A stretch of 64,000 bases of DNA from a virus (lineage: Duplodnaviria; Caudoviricetes). Positions 8,001-17,066 of this stretch are shown piece by piece. The stretch spans positions 1,159-65,158 of the IMG/VR virus record IMGVR_UViG_2623620540_000004. One strand, given 5' to 3'. Under the pieces are notes generated by a model. That model had not been told where the DNA came from, did no database searches, and worked only from the letters and a program-made list of their open reading frames with translations. The translations under genes were made by a program, and so were the position numbers. Position 1 is the stretch's first letter. Every line of letters starts with the position of its first letter.

Positions 8001-10252
8001 TCGAGCTTTTTGGCTTCCTGGTCCAGTCCGGAAAGGTACTTGTTGGTCGCCTCATCCGAGGCGGATGCAATTGCCTCCTTGCGCAGGATCTCCTTGGTGC
8101 CGAGCAGATTCATCTCGTCCTGCGCTTTCGCATCAGCAGCTGCTCGCTTCGCTTCGATATCGTTAATCTGCTTCGCGTGCTTTGCTGCCTCGGCCGCAGT
8201 GGCGTTGTGGTAGGACTTCAGGTCGGCGATCTGCTTGTTGTAACCGTCGATCTGATCCTTCGCGGCGGCCTCAGCATAGTCGCGCTTGTTCTTGTAATAC
8301 TGCTCGTCGCCCATCTTCCCGGCCGAGTGAAACATGTCATCCATCTTGGACATTGTTTCGTACATTTCCTTCTCGGCGTTGACCTGATCCTGGATGCGGG
8401 CAAGGCGGTCAGCCAACTCCGTGCTTTCGACCTTATCGACCTTCGGCTTTGGCTCGCGACCTTCGGTATCGCGGTAGGTCGGCGTGCCGACATAAACCGA
8501 ATTGGCCAGCGCCATCTGCGCAGCCTGCTGCACGGCGACAGGCTTCCCTGCATTCGCCACCAGTAGCGCGGCCGCCCGAGAAGCGTAATCCTGATCAACT
8601 TTCAGGCGCGCTTCGAGCTCGGCTTTTTTCTTTGCCGTCGCGTTCTTCTCACGCTCGTCGGCGGCCTTCTGAAATTGGTCGTACTGGGAGGACAACTTTG
8701 CCAGGTGCTCAAGGTAACCAACCTGCTCTTGAGCCAACATATTTTCCCGCTCCGAGTTCACGCGGCGAATGCGGTCGCTGCGCCCGGAAAAGTCTAGGAA
8801 ATCACCCTGGGTCTTCGGGTCGCGCACCTTTTCGTCGTAGACACTGTTGATCGAGTCAATCTTCGCGAGGTGACCGGCCAAGGCGCCCCCCTGTTGCAGT
8901 AAGGTGGTGGCGTTAGCAACGCGGTTAGCAACCCAGACAAACACGTCGGCCAAGGTCCGGCCCCACTCGTGAAGTTGCTGATTTGTCGACAACTCGGAGA
9001 CTTCCTTGTTTGCATCTTTCAGGTGGTCCGTCAAGGCCATGACGCTGACGGTAAGCACCTCGAGGAACGCCTCACCGACGACGGTTTTCAAATCCGTGAC
9101 GTACCGCTGCATGGACGTGATCTGCTTGCCGGCTGTGCCCATCGCTGCTTCATAAGTGCCAGCGATATCGGCGCCGCGCTCGATGACGGCGTTCAGGCGG
9201 GCCTGCCCCCGCTCGTTCTCGGTCAACTCTTTGGTGGTCTTGCCGAGCTCATCAGCCATTTCGCGGTAGGCTGTCTGCAGGTTCACGTTGATACCAATGT
9301 TCCGCAGGATCAGCACGTTGCCTCGCGAGATGCCGTTGACCAGTCGGTCGAATGCATCCGACGAGTTCAGGTGGCCGATGACAGCGGCATCCTGGGCGAT
9401 GCGGGCGAGCACGGTCGCGTTTTTCAGATCGACGTGGGCCTGGACCAGCTTCGTCGCCGACTCGCGCGACTCCACCATGGTGATGCCCTGCCGGGCGATC
9501 GCGTCGGTGGCGGTGTCCATCTGGGTTTTGGTATATCCGGCATTGCGGCCCACGACTTCGACGACGACGCCGAGGGTTTCGTAGCGCGCGGCCAGTAGTG
9601 CAGATTCTTTGATGTACTCCGCTACCTTGAGAGCTGCGTAACCCTTCACCAGCAATCCCAGTGCACTGCTCAGCGTCAACGCTGACCGCTCTTGTTCGCG
9701 CTTTGCGGCTGCTGCTGCTTTAGCAGCCTCCCCGGCTGCCTTCGCGGCATCTTCAAACTGCTTCATCTTCGCGATCAGTGCCTCGGTTTCCTTTGTTACG
9801 CCCAACTCGGCCGCCTGGTATGCCAGCAATTGGCTGCGCGACATTCCAAGGACTGCGACCTGATCACGCAATTTATCGATGAACAGTTGCTGGCCCAGCG
9901 TCATTTGCGTAGTGGACCGGCCCAGGGCGGTATTTGCCTGGGCGGTCGCACGCGCTTCTTCGGCCTGCTGGCGCAAGATCTTTGCAGTGTCATCCATCTG
10001 GCCATTGCTGACCTGGTACCGCTGACCGGTGCGCTGCGTGGCCTCTCCGAGCGCATCCATGCCCTTGGTGGCATCCGCACCGAAGCGCCACACTTTGGCG
10101 CTGGCCTGGCTCAAACCATCGGAGGCCTTGGTGACGCTATCGATCTTCGGCTCGACAGCCGCAGCAGCGGCGCCCAGCGCGTCGAGGGCCCTGGTGCCCT
10201 CCACGACTTGTTTCGAATTGATCTCAAGACCGAGGGAGGCGATATCAGGCAT
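5054..10252 (-). CDS. Tail tape measure protein
   Basis: 1732 aa, Ala-rich helical; start MPDIASLGLEI at 10252 after AAGGAAA; follows tail assembly chaperone. Confidence 0.93.
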   Translation of the reverse strand: MPDIASLGLEINSKQVVEGTRALDALGAAAAAVEPKIDSVTKASDGLSQASAKVWRFGADATKGMDALGEATQRTGQRYQVSNGQMDDTAKILRQQAEEARATAQANTALGRSTTQMTLGQQLFIDKLRDQVAVLGMSRSQLLAYQAAELGVTKETEALIAKMKQFEDAAKAAGEAAKAAAAAKREQERSALTLSSALGLLVKGYAALKVAEYIKESALLAARYETLGVVVEVVGRNAGYTKTQMDTATDAIARQGITMVESRESATKLVQAHVDLKNATVLARIAQDAAVIGHLNSSDAFDRLVNGISRGNVLILRNIGINVNLQTAYREMADELGKTTKELTENERGQARLNAVIERGADIAGTYEAAMGTAGKQITSMQRYVTDLKTVVGEAFLEVLTVSVMALTDHLKDANKEVSELSTNQQLHEWGRTLADVFVWVANRVANATTLLQQGGALAGHLAKIDSINSVYDEKVRDPKTQGDFLDFSGRSDRIRRVNSERENMLAQEQVGYLEHLAKLSSQYDQFQKAADEREKNATAKKKAELEARLKVDQDYASRAAALLVANAGKPVAVQQAAQMALANSVYVGTPTYRDTEGREPKPKVDKVESTELADRLARIQDQVNAEKEMYETMSKMDDMFHSAGKMGDEQYYKNKRDYAEAAAKDQIDGYNKQIADLKSYHNATAAEAAKHAKQINDIEAKRAAADAKAQDEMNLLGTKEILRKEAIASASDEATNKYLSGLDQEAKKLEDSNAARETSKGAVERETVARLDLAIAYQKEFMAGQVAAGATAEEIAQAPATLKYLEDVRAARARIAAGLDQQQAIQFKDKAADQAIKDWQRAGQSISESLTSAFGEGGKAIGEMFQAYAKGMEGQLRAQKKLKDAKAQSDDNPEKIEAINRAQLEGTQAQIQSYAGMTSAAQGFFSEGSRGYQAMHAATVALQSAEIALSLIKGVNAVLTQGEGDPYTAFARMAAMAALVAGLGVAISGGGGGGGQKAVDVQKLQGTGSVFGDSSAKSDSIRRSIEQLTANSDNMLPINQGMLSALRNIESSMAGLTNLVVRTPGLTDGSNLGIQTGVVGKSTGASIAAGAQAGSMVGGYVAGPVGMVIGAIGGAIVGGLKSIWGKTTQNIVDSGLQYGGSVRGLQAGDGFDQYASIDTTKKSYFGLKKSTSNSVQTQGLSDELSAQFGLIFTNLDKSLQAASVALGGSAADVTKVLDSLTLESTKVSLKDLKGEELTAAINSVISKSMDEIAQAAFPAFDAFRKVGEGYAETVMRLAGDYAKLDAILAGTSTTFGATGVASVKAREHLIELAGGIDELASKSNSFAENFLSKAEQLAPVQKYVTDQLAAMGLQSLDTRDKFKDYVLGLANGGKLATDAGAAQYTALLALADAFAKTHAATVDLSKSEQEIADQRTDLQNQLDELTMTQAQLAAKARKEIDVSNLKLYDELTARKALAAAYETQSEALKTSIDKLKTFASAIKSFRDGLVLGNLSTLTLAEKAAAARDQYSTTLGAARGGDATAQSGLSAAATAFLTASQAGAASRLDYVRDYARVQADMAILAASVGGQLTDAEKQQASLDKQVKGLITLNDSVNAGAATVAQAIASLGVLGVKQIDGSHAGGLSRVPFDGYTAELHSGERVLTAFEAREYSARSSGGGTGDVAAAIDRLTEENRALRAELSEFKAQSQAGDVAVAQSVGKLARLADRWDANGLLVRADEPIPTREVVTA

Positions 10253-10614
10253 CAGGTTTCCTTCTTGTAATGGTGTTGCAGGTAAAGCTCGTCGATTCGG
10301 TCGAGGATGTCGTGCTCGAATGGCTCGAACACCACACGCCGGCGCGCGCACCAGTGAAGCACTTCCTCGCTGGATATCGGGCCCGGCCCCATGCCTGTCT
10401 GCCGCCGTGGACTGAGCTTGAGGAACCAGGTCCACAAGTACTCAAGCTCAAACGGCAACTCGGGCGCGGGCGGCGCCACATCCGCCTTGTAGAGCGGGTG
10501 GCGCTTGGCCGCATCAACGTGATCGCCGACGGCGCTGCCGTCAGCGGCGGTCTTTAGCCGTTCGAACTGGTGGTCGGCGAAGGCGAGGAGGCTGGCGACG
10601 AGACCGTCAAAAAA
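10252..10614 (-). CDS. Tail assembly chaperone C-terminal (gpT-like) frame, reached by -1 frameshift
   Basis: Frame open from slippery site through ELPFELEYLWTWFLKL to TGA at 10252; exactly -1 relative to the upstream chaperone. Confidence 0.8.
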   Translation of the reverse strand, partial: FFDGLVASLLAFADHQFERLKTAADGSAVGDHVDAAKRHPLYKADVAPPAPELPFELEYLWTWFLKLSPRRQTGMGPGPISSEEVLHWCARRRVVFEPFEHDILDRIDELYLQHHYKKET

Positions 10615-11093
10615 TTGGCGTCAACCTCCAGGGCGGCGCTGACCTTATCTTCCCAAGTGGGGAATTTCGCGAAGGCGGCGGCCACCATGTTCTTGTCGAA
10701 TGGCACGGGCACGCCAGCGCTGGTGAAGCCGTACCAGCCGGTGACCACCGACAGCGCCAGACGGGTCGCATTGCTGTCGATCACGTCAACCAGCTTGCTG
10801 GCGCCGGCGTCAGTCTTAGCGTCGATCGCGGTTTTGCGCACGGCGGCCTTCTGGTAGCCCTCGGCGCGAACCGCATGGCTGGCAGCCTGGTACTCGGGGC
10901 TGTTCTTGCCGACGATGACCAGGCCGGCGGTGGCGTTGCCATCCTCGTCGAACAAGACGTCAACGTTGAAGGTTTTGGTAACGACCGCAGCAGCTGCCAG
11001 ATTGGCGATGTCGAAGCCGGATGCGATGATGGTGGTCGCGGCGTTGTGGGTGGCGGCAACAGCGGAGGTTTCGGTGTTGGTGATAGCGTTCAT
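10554..11093 (-). CDS. Tail assembly chaperone (gpG-like)
   Basis: Between tail tube and tape measure; ATG at 11093 after GAAAGG; T-TTT-TTG slippery heptamer near 3' end. Confidence 0.85.
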   Translation of the reverse strand: MNAITNTETSAVAATHNAATTIIASGFDIANLAAAAVVTKTFNVDVLFDEDGNATAGLVIVGKNSPEYQAASHAVRAEGYQKAAVRKTAIDAKTDAGASKLVDVIDSNATRLALSVVTGWYGFTSAGVPVPFDKNMVAAAFAKFPTWEDKVSAALEVDANFLTVSSPASSPSPTTSSNG

Positions 11094-11219
11094 GGGTAAT
11101 ACCTTTCGTCGGATGAATAGGTGCCGGTGCCGGCCGCCGCGCCGACGAAGGCGACAGCGTCCGGTCCGTGCTGGGGTGGCTTGCGCCAAACTGGAATCGC
11201 CGGCGGTGCCGGCGGTGGA

Positions 11220-12425
11220 TTACAGCGTCGTGTCCTGGATGGCCAGGGTGGTGCCCTCGTGCTGGGCATCGCTACCCTTGTAGCGCAGCACGTCGAATTG
11301 GCAGGTGATGATTTTGTTCTTCTCGCCGTCATCGACCTTTGCCGAGGTGATCTTGATGCGGCCCATCTGCAGCGCCATCACGTCCGCCAGCGCCGCATTA
11401 CTGGCCGCCATGGCATAGGCCAGCGATACCTCGGTCTCGGTTTTGAAGTAGTCGAGGTAGGCCGCGTCCTGCATCAGGACGGTGAATTGGCCGGAGCCGA
11501 TCACCTTGCCGCGCGATGCAGCGGTTGCATACTTAGTGCCCAGCACCGGGTCGATCTTGACCTGGCCGTCGAGCGACACCGACATGCCGGTGCAAATCTG
11601 CGACGGGATGCCATTGACAGAAAGCATCGCGGTGGCGCCGGAGAACTTACCGCCGGTCGGCGTGGCCGCCGGAGTGGTGAAGTAGGCGGCGGCCGTAGTG
11701 GCATCTTCGCGCTTACCCATGAAGGTGAAGTCGCAGCTGGTCAGGCCGTTGGGCTGTACCGCCATATCCATCTTGCTGACCAGCTGATCGACGAAGGTGC
11801 GGTGCACCACCACGTCCGGCTGTTGAATCTCAGCGGTGAACCAGTCGGTGGTGTGGCCGGTCAGTGGGGTGAACGTGCGCTTGCCGGGTGCGGCGATCGC
11901 CACGCTGTCGCCGGCGGCCTTTGCAACGACGGCGCTACCGTCAAGGTACTGGCCGGTGATCTTGAGCGCGGTTACTGCGGTCACGAAGAAGTTGCGGCCA
12001 TTGTTTGCGGCGGCGGGCGCAGTGAAGCCGGTCACGCGAACGACCGTGCCGGCGCGGTGACCGTCGGCCAGGAAGGAACCTGCGGCACGGGTGAAGCCGT
12101 CGGCCACAGCAGCGATGGTGATGGCGGCAGCCGTAGCGCCGGCAACGGTCCAGTCGCGCCGCATCAGGGCGGCCATCAGCACTGAATAGGTGCCGCAGGA
12201 TGCCTCGCCCTTGATGTCGCCCGTCACGCGGAAGTTGCCCAGGCGGGTGTCCCCCTGCTGCTGGCTCGGGTCGATCTCGTTTGACGAGTACTTGTCGGCC
12301 TCGGTATCGAAGGAGCTGGTGACGCGCGGGTAGAGCTGGCCGGCGCCGACCGGGGCCTTCGCGCCCTCGGCAGTTTGTTTGCCCAGCACCAGAAGGGTGT
12401 TGATGCCGTTTGCAGTAGCAGCCAT
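11220..12425 (-). CDS. Major tail tube protein
   Basis: 401 aa from MAATANGINT; synteny upstream of chaperone and tape measure. Confidence 0.8.
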   Translation of the reverse strand: MAATANGINTLLVLGKQTAEGAKAPVGAGQLYPRVTSSFDTEADKYSSNEIDPSQQQGDTRLGNFRVTGDIKGEASCGTYSVLMAALMRRDWTVAGATAAAITIAAVADGFTRAAGSFLADGHRAGTVVRVTGFTAPAAANNGRNFFVTAVTALKITGQYLDGSAVVAKAAGDSVAIAAPGKRTFTPLTGHTTDWFTAEIQQPDVVVHRTFVDQLVSKMDMAVQPNGLTSCDFTFMGKREDATTAAAYFTTPAATPTGGKFSGATAMLSVNGIPSQICTGMSVSLDGQVKIDPVLGTKYATAASRGKVIGSGQFTVLMQDAAYLDYFKTETEVSLAYAMAASNAALADVMALQMGRIKITSAKVDDGEKNKIITCQFDVLRYKGSDAQHEGTTLAIQDTTL

Positions 12426-12444
12426 GTGAAGCCTTTCAGGAATG

Positions 12445-12468
12445 AAAAAGGCCCGCACGCGGCGAGCC
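12445..12468 (-). terminator. Terminator-like hairpin before tail tube gene
   Basis: GGCTCGC-CGCGT-GCGGGCC-TTTTT on minus strand. Confidence 0.6.
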
Positions 12469-12505
12469 AGAATGAAAAACCGCCTTTCGACGGCCGTGTG
12501 ATTTG

Positions 12506-12916
12506 CTACGCTGTGAAGATGTCCGCGTGCCAGCGGATCCTGACGATTTGCATCCACCGTCCATCGACCTGCTCACCCCGGTCGATCTCGGGTGTTCGGT
12601 CAATCTGGACGGTGACGCCGCCATCCGAAAAAGCAGATCCGCGCTTGAACAGCGCCCGGATCGCTTCGGCGCGCAGCGCGCAGTCCAGCGTGCCAACAAG
12701 CGGCGGATATTGCAGATTGACCTGCATCACGCCCTGCTCTTTGTGGTAGGCCTCGCCCAGCGTCGGATTGCCTGGCTCGGCCACCAGCAGGTAGGCCGCG
12801 CAATAAGGCCGGTCCGGTACCGGGTCATACGGCACGTTTTCGTGCACGATGTCGATGGCTGGATCAATGCTAGCCAGCGCCTGCTCGAGCGCGTTTCGGA
12901 TGTTGGGGATCGTCAT
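12506..12916 (-). CDS. Tail terminator / tail completion protein
   Basis: 136 aa; QGVMQVNLQYP...G...A..I..LF.RG pattern; synteny. Confidence 0.7.
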   Translation of the reverse strand: MTIPNIRNALEQALASIDPAIDIVHENVPYDPVPDRPYCAAYLLVAEPGNPTLGEAYHKEQGVMQVNLQYPPLVGTLDCALRAEAIRALFKRGSAFSDGGVTVQIDRTPEIDRGEQVDGRWMQIVRIRWHADIFTA

Positions 12917-13404
12917 ATCGAATAACTCTGGTAGCCCTGCGCGAAGTCCGCGCTGCTGGTGCCGGCGCGCACGCCGTTCACAGCCGCATCAACGATGTTG
13001 CTCCACTCGACCACGGTCAGCGCGACCAGGCCGACGGGCGCCTGGCGCGACCAGCCTTTCTCGATGCGGCTTGCGTACGGCAGATTGTTCATCAGGTAGA
13101 AAACCTCCCCCGCCTTCGCGGCAGCAACGATGCCAGCGTGCGCGGCGATGGTTGCCTTGCCGTCCTGGTCGATGATGTTGAGCGCGCCAGTCGCGGGAGA
13201 GCCGACGGACATTTGCCAGTTGCCCCGGAATCGGCCGCCGACATAGCCCTTGGGCGGAGCATGCTTCCAATATTTGGCGTCGCCCACAGGGGATCGACTC
13301 ACCAGCCTGCCGTCGATGCTGGCCAGGCAGTAGCGCACCACCTTATCGGTGTCGTCTTTGGTCTTCTGGACCCATGCGGCGATCTGCAATGCGAAGGTGC
13401 CCAT
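12913..13404 (-). CDS. Neck protein, HK97 gp10-like
   Basis: SPVG...GRFRGNWQ and NNLPYASRIEKGWSRQAP.G.V motifs. Confidence 0.8.
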   Translation of the reverse strand: MGTFALQIAAWVQKTKDDTDKVVRYCLASIDGRLVSRSPVGDAKYWKHAPPKGYVGGRFRGNWQMSVGSPATGALNIIDQDGKATIAAHAGIVAAAKAGEVFYLMNNLPYASRIEKGWSRQAPVGLVALTVVEWSNIVDAAVNGVRAGTSSADFAQGYQSYSI

Positions 13405-13787
13405 CAGATCCTCCCGACCAGCCGCCACAGCACGACGATGCCGCCAGGAGCGACCTTGTCAACGTTCTTGACGGTGTACACCACGCCGCCGGCCAGCACC
13501 TGGTCCTCGTTCTTCATCGGCGCCAGTGGCGCGCCGGTTTCGTCGAGCGCAGACATCGTGATCTTGCGGTCGCCGGATTTGATCAGCGTGCCGTTGATGG
13601 CGCCGATGCCGAGGTCGTTGGTTGTCAGCCCGGTTTCAATGCCCCAGGCTTTCTTGATGATGGGTGGCGCCGGCACCAGGGCACCGCCAACGTAGGTACC
13701 TGGCTGTTTGAATGTGAGCGTGAGCAGCTGCCCATCCTCGCGGAGGGCTTCGTCGGCGTCGATGGCATCTTGTGCGTAATCGCTCAT
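13404..13787 (-). CDS. Head closure / head-tail adaptor
   Basis: 127 aa; IKSGDRKI...VYTVKNV..V.PGG pattern; synteny. Confidence 0.7.
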   Translation of the reverse strand: MSDYAQDAIDADEALREDGQLLTLTFKQPGTYVGGALVPAPPIIKKAWGIETGLTTNDLGIGAINGTLIKSGDRKITMSALDETGAPLAPMKNEDQVLAGGVVYTVKNVDKVAPGGIVVLWRLVGRI

Positions 13788-14155
13788 TTCGCTTCCAGGT
13801 AGTCATGCGTCGGCGTCTTCGCGAAGCGCACTGCTTTGATGGTGGCCTTGCCATCGATCAGCGCGCGCAGCACCCGGTGCCAGCCGTCCATGATGAAGCC
13901 CTGCTCACTAAGGATAATCGGGTGGGAGATATCGACGTCCAGCGCTCTACGCATGTGGAAGGCCATGCCGTACGGCGACGCTTCTGGCGTCCATACCTCG
14001 GCACCAAGATAGATTGCGGCAAGAGGCAAGTCAAACGCCTCCAGATCCTTGGTCTGCGCGATTAAGTTCGTGACAGTCCACACCTTACCGTTGTGGGAAT
14101 AGCTGTTTTCGTGCACGGCGCAGCCTTCAATTTGCACCACTGGGTAGTTGATCAC
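13784..14155 (-). CDS. ParB/sulfiredoxin-like N-terminal domain protein
   Basis: PIIL...IMDGWHRVLRAL..G motif; GTGA coupling with upstream gene. Confidence 0.65.
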   Translation of the reverse strand: MINYPVVQIEGCAVHENSYSHNGKVWTVTNLIAQTKDLEAFDLPLAAIYLGAEVWTPEASPYGMAFHMRRALDVDISHPIILSEQGFIMDGWHRVLRALIDGKATIKAVRFAKTPTHDYLEAK

Positions 14156-14655
14156 GCCCGCTCCAATCTTCCAGACAAGCCCGAACCGCACAAGAGCGGC
14201 TTGAGCAACTGATCCACCGCCCGGTACCGCACCGCCTCTGGTGCGCCATCCGCATACACGGTCTTGATCGGGCCGATGACCTTCTCCTTGATCGTTCGCT
14301 TCAGGGCCGGCGCCAGCTCGCCGCTTCTCGCCTGCAGCGCGAGGATGGCACAGGCATTCTGTACCTCCACCGGGACAATGTCCGACCCCAAGTAAGCATG
14401 GACGTCATCCAGTTCGACGTCGTAGCGCGGCCAGTCGAGTGCCTGGGCGGCAGTGCGGCGTCGGCCCTTCCAGCGCGCGCGGTACTGGCCGACCATGTAC
14501 TCGGTCGCCTTGATCAGCAGCGACTCCTTCTCGCTTTCTACCAGAGCGGCCCAGGCGGCGTTGCCGCGCTTCGCGTGGTAGGCATCGGCGGCCGCCACGC
14601 TGGCATAGCTGTCAGCATCCGGCAGGCCGGCGCCGGTTTCGATGATGAGGGTCAT
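14152..14655 (-). CDS. Head-tail connector (DnaT-like family)
   Basis: MTLIIETGAG...DSYASVAAADAY, QALDWPR, VKEKVIGPI motifs typical of this connector family. Confidence 0.75.
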   Translation of the reverse strand: MTLIIETGAGLPDADSYASVAAADAYHAKRGNAAWAALVESEKESLLIKATEYMVGQYRARWKGRRRTAAQALDWPRYDVELDDVHAYLGSDIVPVEVQNACAILALQARSGELAPALKRTIKEKVIGPIKTVYADGAPEAVRYRAVDQLLKPLLCGSGLSGRLERA

Positions 14656-14660
14656 GATTA

Positions 14661-17042
14661 TCAGTTTCGAAGTTGTTGAAGCGTCACCACCTCGGCGAGG
14701 TCGGCCACTTCCAATGTGCGGATGTACTGGGCAAGCATGACCACGGCGGCGGCGATCGTGCCATCGCTGAACCCGGTATGAGTGCTGAAAATCGCGATGC
14801 CCTCGTTGGCGACGGCCTGATCGACATAAGCCTTCATTTTGTCGAAACACTGCTGTACGGTCTGGGAGCCGACGTACGTGTCCATGTTGTACGCACGGAG
14901 GTTGTATGGGTCGCCAGGCGGATTCGTGTCAGCGAACGCAAATGGAGCGAGCCCGTCACCAGCTGTGCCAGGCGAATTATCGAATCGACGGATCGTTGCG
15001 AACAACCGTTGGCAGGTCTTCGTGATCGGGCCGTCAATACCGAAGTTGTATCCGCCATACAGCGATCCATCGCGCATCCCGTCCAGATCGAAACCGAGCT
15101 GGGCTGCCATGATGAGGTTCTTGCGAGACTCCACCAGCCATTGCTGAGGCGTCCGGTCTGCATCCGACACCGTACCGTCGAAATAGTCCTGCGAAGCCAT
15201 TTGCCAACCGTAACGCTGCTGCAGCGCAAGGAGGTTATCGATGGTCGGATTTCCGTCGGTGTTGGCCCCGCCCCCTATCATACGGCTTGCCGGCGACAGA
15301 TACAGCACCACAGGGTATCCGTAAGGCGACAGGATTCGATGCGCATCCCACACGGCCTTGCCGTGGTTGTCATCGATTGTAAATACGATCGACGCCTTTC
15401 CGGTCGCAGGCGGCACGAACGACACATCACCAGGAATGACTGTCATATTGGTCGCGCCAGCGATACGGATGCGCGCAAAAGTGACCGCGGTCATATCGGC
15501 GCCAGCGCCGACTGCAGTGAAGCGCCCAGCGCCATAGCTGCGGGAGCCGTAGCTGTTCAGGCCGCTCATGCCTCCGCTCAAATCGGAGAATACGTTCAGC
15601 GTATGGAAGTCCGCACCAGGGGCGGACGGTGTGCCCGTCGAGAACAAATCGATGTTCATCGAGGTGAACCCGCCAGACGCAGGTGCGGCTTTTTGGATGG
15701 TCACATGAATCGCGCCGGCCGTCACGTCGATGGGCGTCGGGGCATTGTCCTCGGACAAAATGGAGGCCGTCGTGTCCGTGGTAAACGTGACGTTTGGTGC
15801 CGTAGCATTGCCGAACTGGGAGACGGGCCCGTATGAGCCGTACACCTGGTCGGTAGCCAGATTCACGTTCGCTTTGCTGAGGCCTGCAGTGATAATCGTC
15901 TTCGCAGCGGTGGACCACACCGAAATAGTTTTCCGCTTAAACTTGATCCGCTTGAACGGAGCGAAATCCGCAATGCCTGCTGGTTGATCATACGGCGCAT
16001 TCTGCATATCGCCCAGCGGGATGGTTGCCTCCGGACTGAGAATGTCGGAGCGTGCATACTCGCGCACTGGCGCGCCCGAACCCGGCATGCGGCTGGTGAA
16101 TGCCTGGACGCACATAGCTGCGCCGCCGGTGCTATCGGGCGACACGCAGCTGATCTGGTTGACGTTGGTCACACCTACTACCATCGTCTGATTGCGGCTC
16201 AGCTTGGCGACACCAGTACCAATTTTGACCAGGATGTCCTTGTTGTAGTTGTTGGTCAGCTCGGCGCCGACGCATGCTTGCGTAGGCGCGATCTGGTACG
16301 CCGTACCGGATGCGGTGCTTGCGACCAACTGCACTACCGGGTACGTGAGCGAGGTATTGGCGAACGTCAGGTTCACGGCTACGCGCAGGCTGTCACGCGA
16401 GGTGGCGTAATCGCGGCGGCGGAAGCCGATCTGATTTGCATTGGTGATGCCAAAAATCGGGAACACCTCGCCGGGGCGGATCCGGTAGAACGTGGCGCCA
16501 CCGTTGCGGTTGAACTCAACCATCACGCCTGTGTTGTTTCGCACGATGACGCAGTTGCAGTCGGTCGCGGTTGGCGAGGCCACCCCGCCGCCGGTTGCGC
16601 TGGCTGGCGTCGTCACCGTGCCGAAGCCCAGGACCGAGTAGCTCTCGGACGGCCCGCCTCCGCTGCCTGGTGCGCTGATCTTGCCCTGGCCATCGACTGT
16701 AATAGTAGTGCCGTCGGGCTTTACACCACCCAGCACATCAGGCGTCGCCACCGGGAGCGTATAACCTCCGCCGCCGCCCTGAGCGATCTTGATTTGCCCG
16801 GTGATGACGCCGGCGTAGCAGAACACCAGCACCTTGCGCTGCTCATCGAATGGGCCGATCTGCGGCAGTGCTCCAGGACCGATTGACCACGACTGGGTGG
16901 AGTTGGTGCCCCCAAGTACCGGATCGAGCAGGTACGCCACTCCCGCCGCGTCATCCGAACCAGTGAGTACCAATACTTTTCCCTCCGGGATTGGAAGGGT
17001 TTTGGCAGACTCGCCAGCTTTGATCGTGGTGGTTGTAGACAT
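14661..17042 (-). CDS. 793-aa multidomain protein with C-terminal polysaccharide deacetylase (NodB/CE4-like) domain
   Basis: IVFTIDDNH...ILSPYGYPVVLY and FSTH motifs; fibre-like GGGGGYTLPVATPDVLGGVK segment; two repeated beta-rich domains. Confidence 0.65.
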   Translation of the reverse strand: MSTTTTIKAGESAKTLPIPEGKVLVLTGSDDAAGVAYLLDPVLGGTNSTQSWSIGPGALPQIGPFDEQRKVLVFCYAGVITGQIKIAQGGGGGYTLPVATPDVLGGVKPDGTTITVDGQGKISAPGSGGGPSESYSVLGFGTVTTPASATGGGVASPTATDCNCVIVRNNTGVMVEFNRNGGATFYRIRPGEVFPIFGITNANQIGFRRRDYATSRDSLRVAVNLTFANTSLTYPVVQLVASTASGTAYQIAPTQACVGAELTNNYNKDILVKIGTGVAKLSRNQTMVVGVTNVNQISCVSPDSTGGAAMCVQAFTSRMPGSGAPVREYARSDILSPEATIPLGDMQNAPYDQPAGIADFAPFKRIKFKRKTISVWSTAAKTIITAGLSKANVNLATDQVYGSYGPVSQFGNATAPNVTFTTDTTASILSEDNAPTPIDVTAGAIHVTIQKAAPASGGFTSMNIDLFSTGTPSAPGADFHTLNVFSDLSGGMSGLNSYGSRSYGAGRFTAVGAGADMTAVTFARIRIAGATNMTVIPGDVSFVPPATGKASIVFTIDDNHGKAVWDAHRILSPYGYPVVLYLSPASRMIGGGANTDGNPTIDNLLALQQRYGWQMASQDYFDGTVSDADRTPQQWLVESRKNLIMAAQLGFDLDGMRDGSLYGGYNFGIDGPITKTCQRLFATIRRFDNSPGTAGDGLAPFAFADTNPPGDPYNLRAYNMDTYVGSQTVQQCFDKMKAYVDQAVANEGIAIFSTHTGFSDGTIAAAVVMLAQYIRTLEVADLAEVVTLQQLRN

Positions 17043-17066
17043 TGGCTATCTCGGTGGCGGAATGGG

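Noticed and set aside
7367-8566. 399-aa plus-strand ORF, and similar long ORFs at 14673-15836, 18067-19917, 23129-24736, 33951-35780, 53995-55614 and 57706-58905
   Set aside because: Antisense shadows of well-supported genes; high GC suppresses stop codons and the translations have no motifs
10253-10435. Upstream extension of the tape-measure ORF in the ORF track (similar over-long starts for capsid, tail tube, NinG, DnaC, RecT)
   Set aside because: Overlaps neighbouring genes; better RBS-supported starts lie downstream
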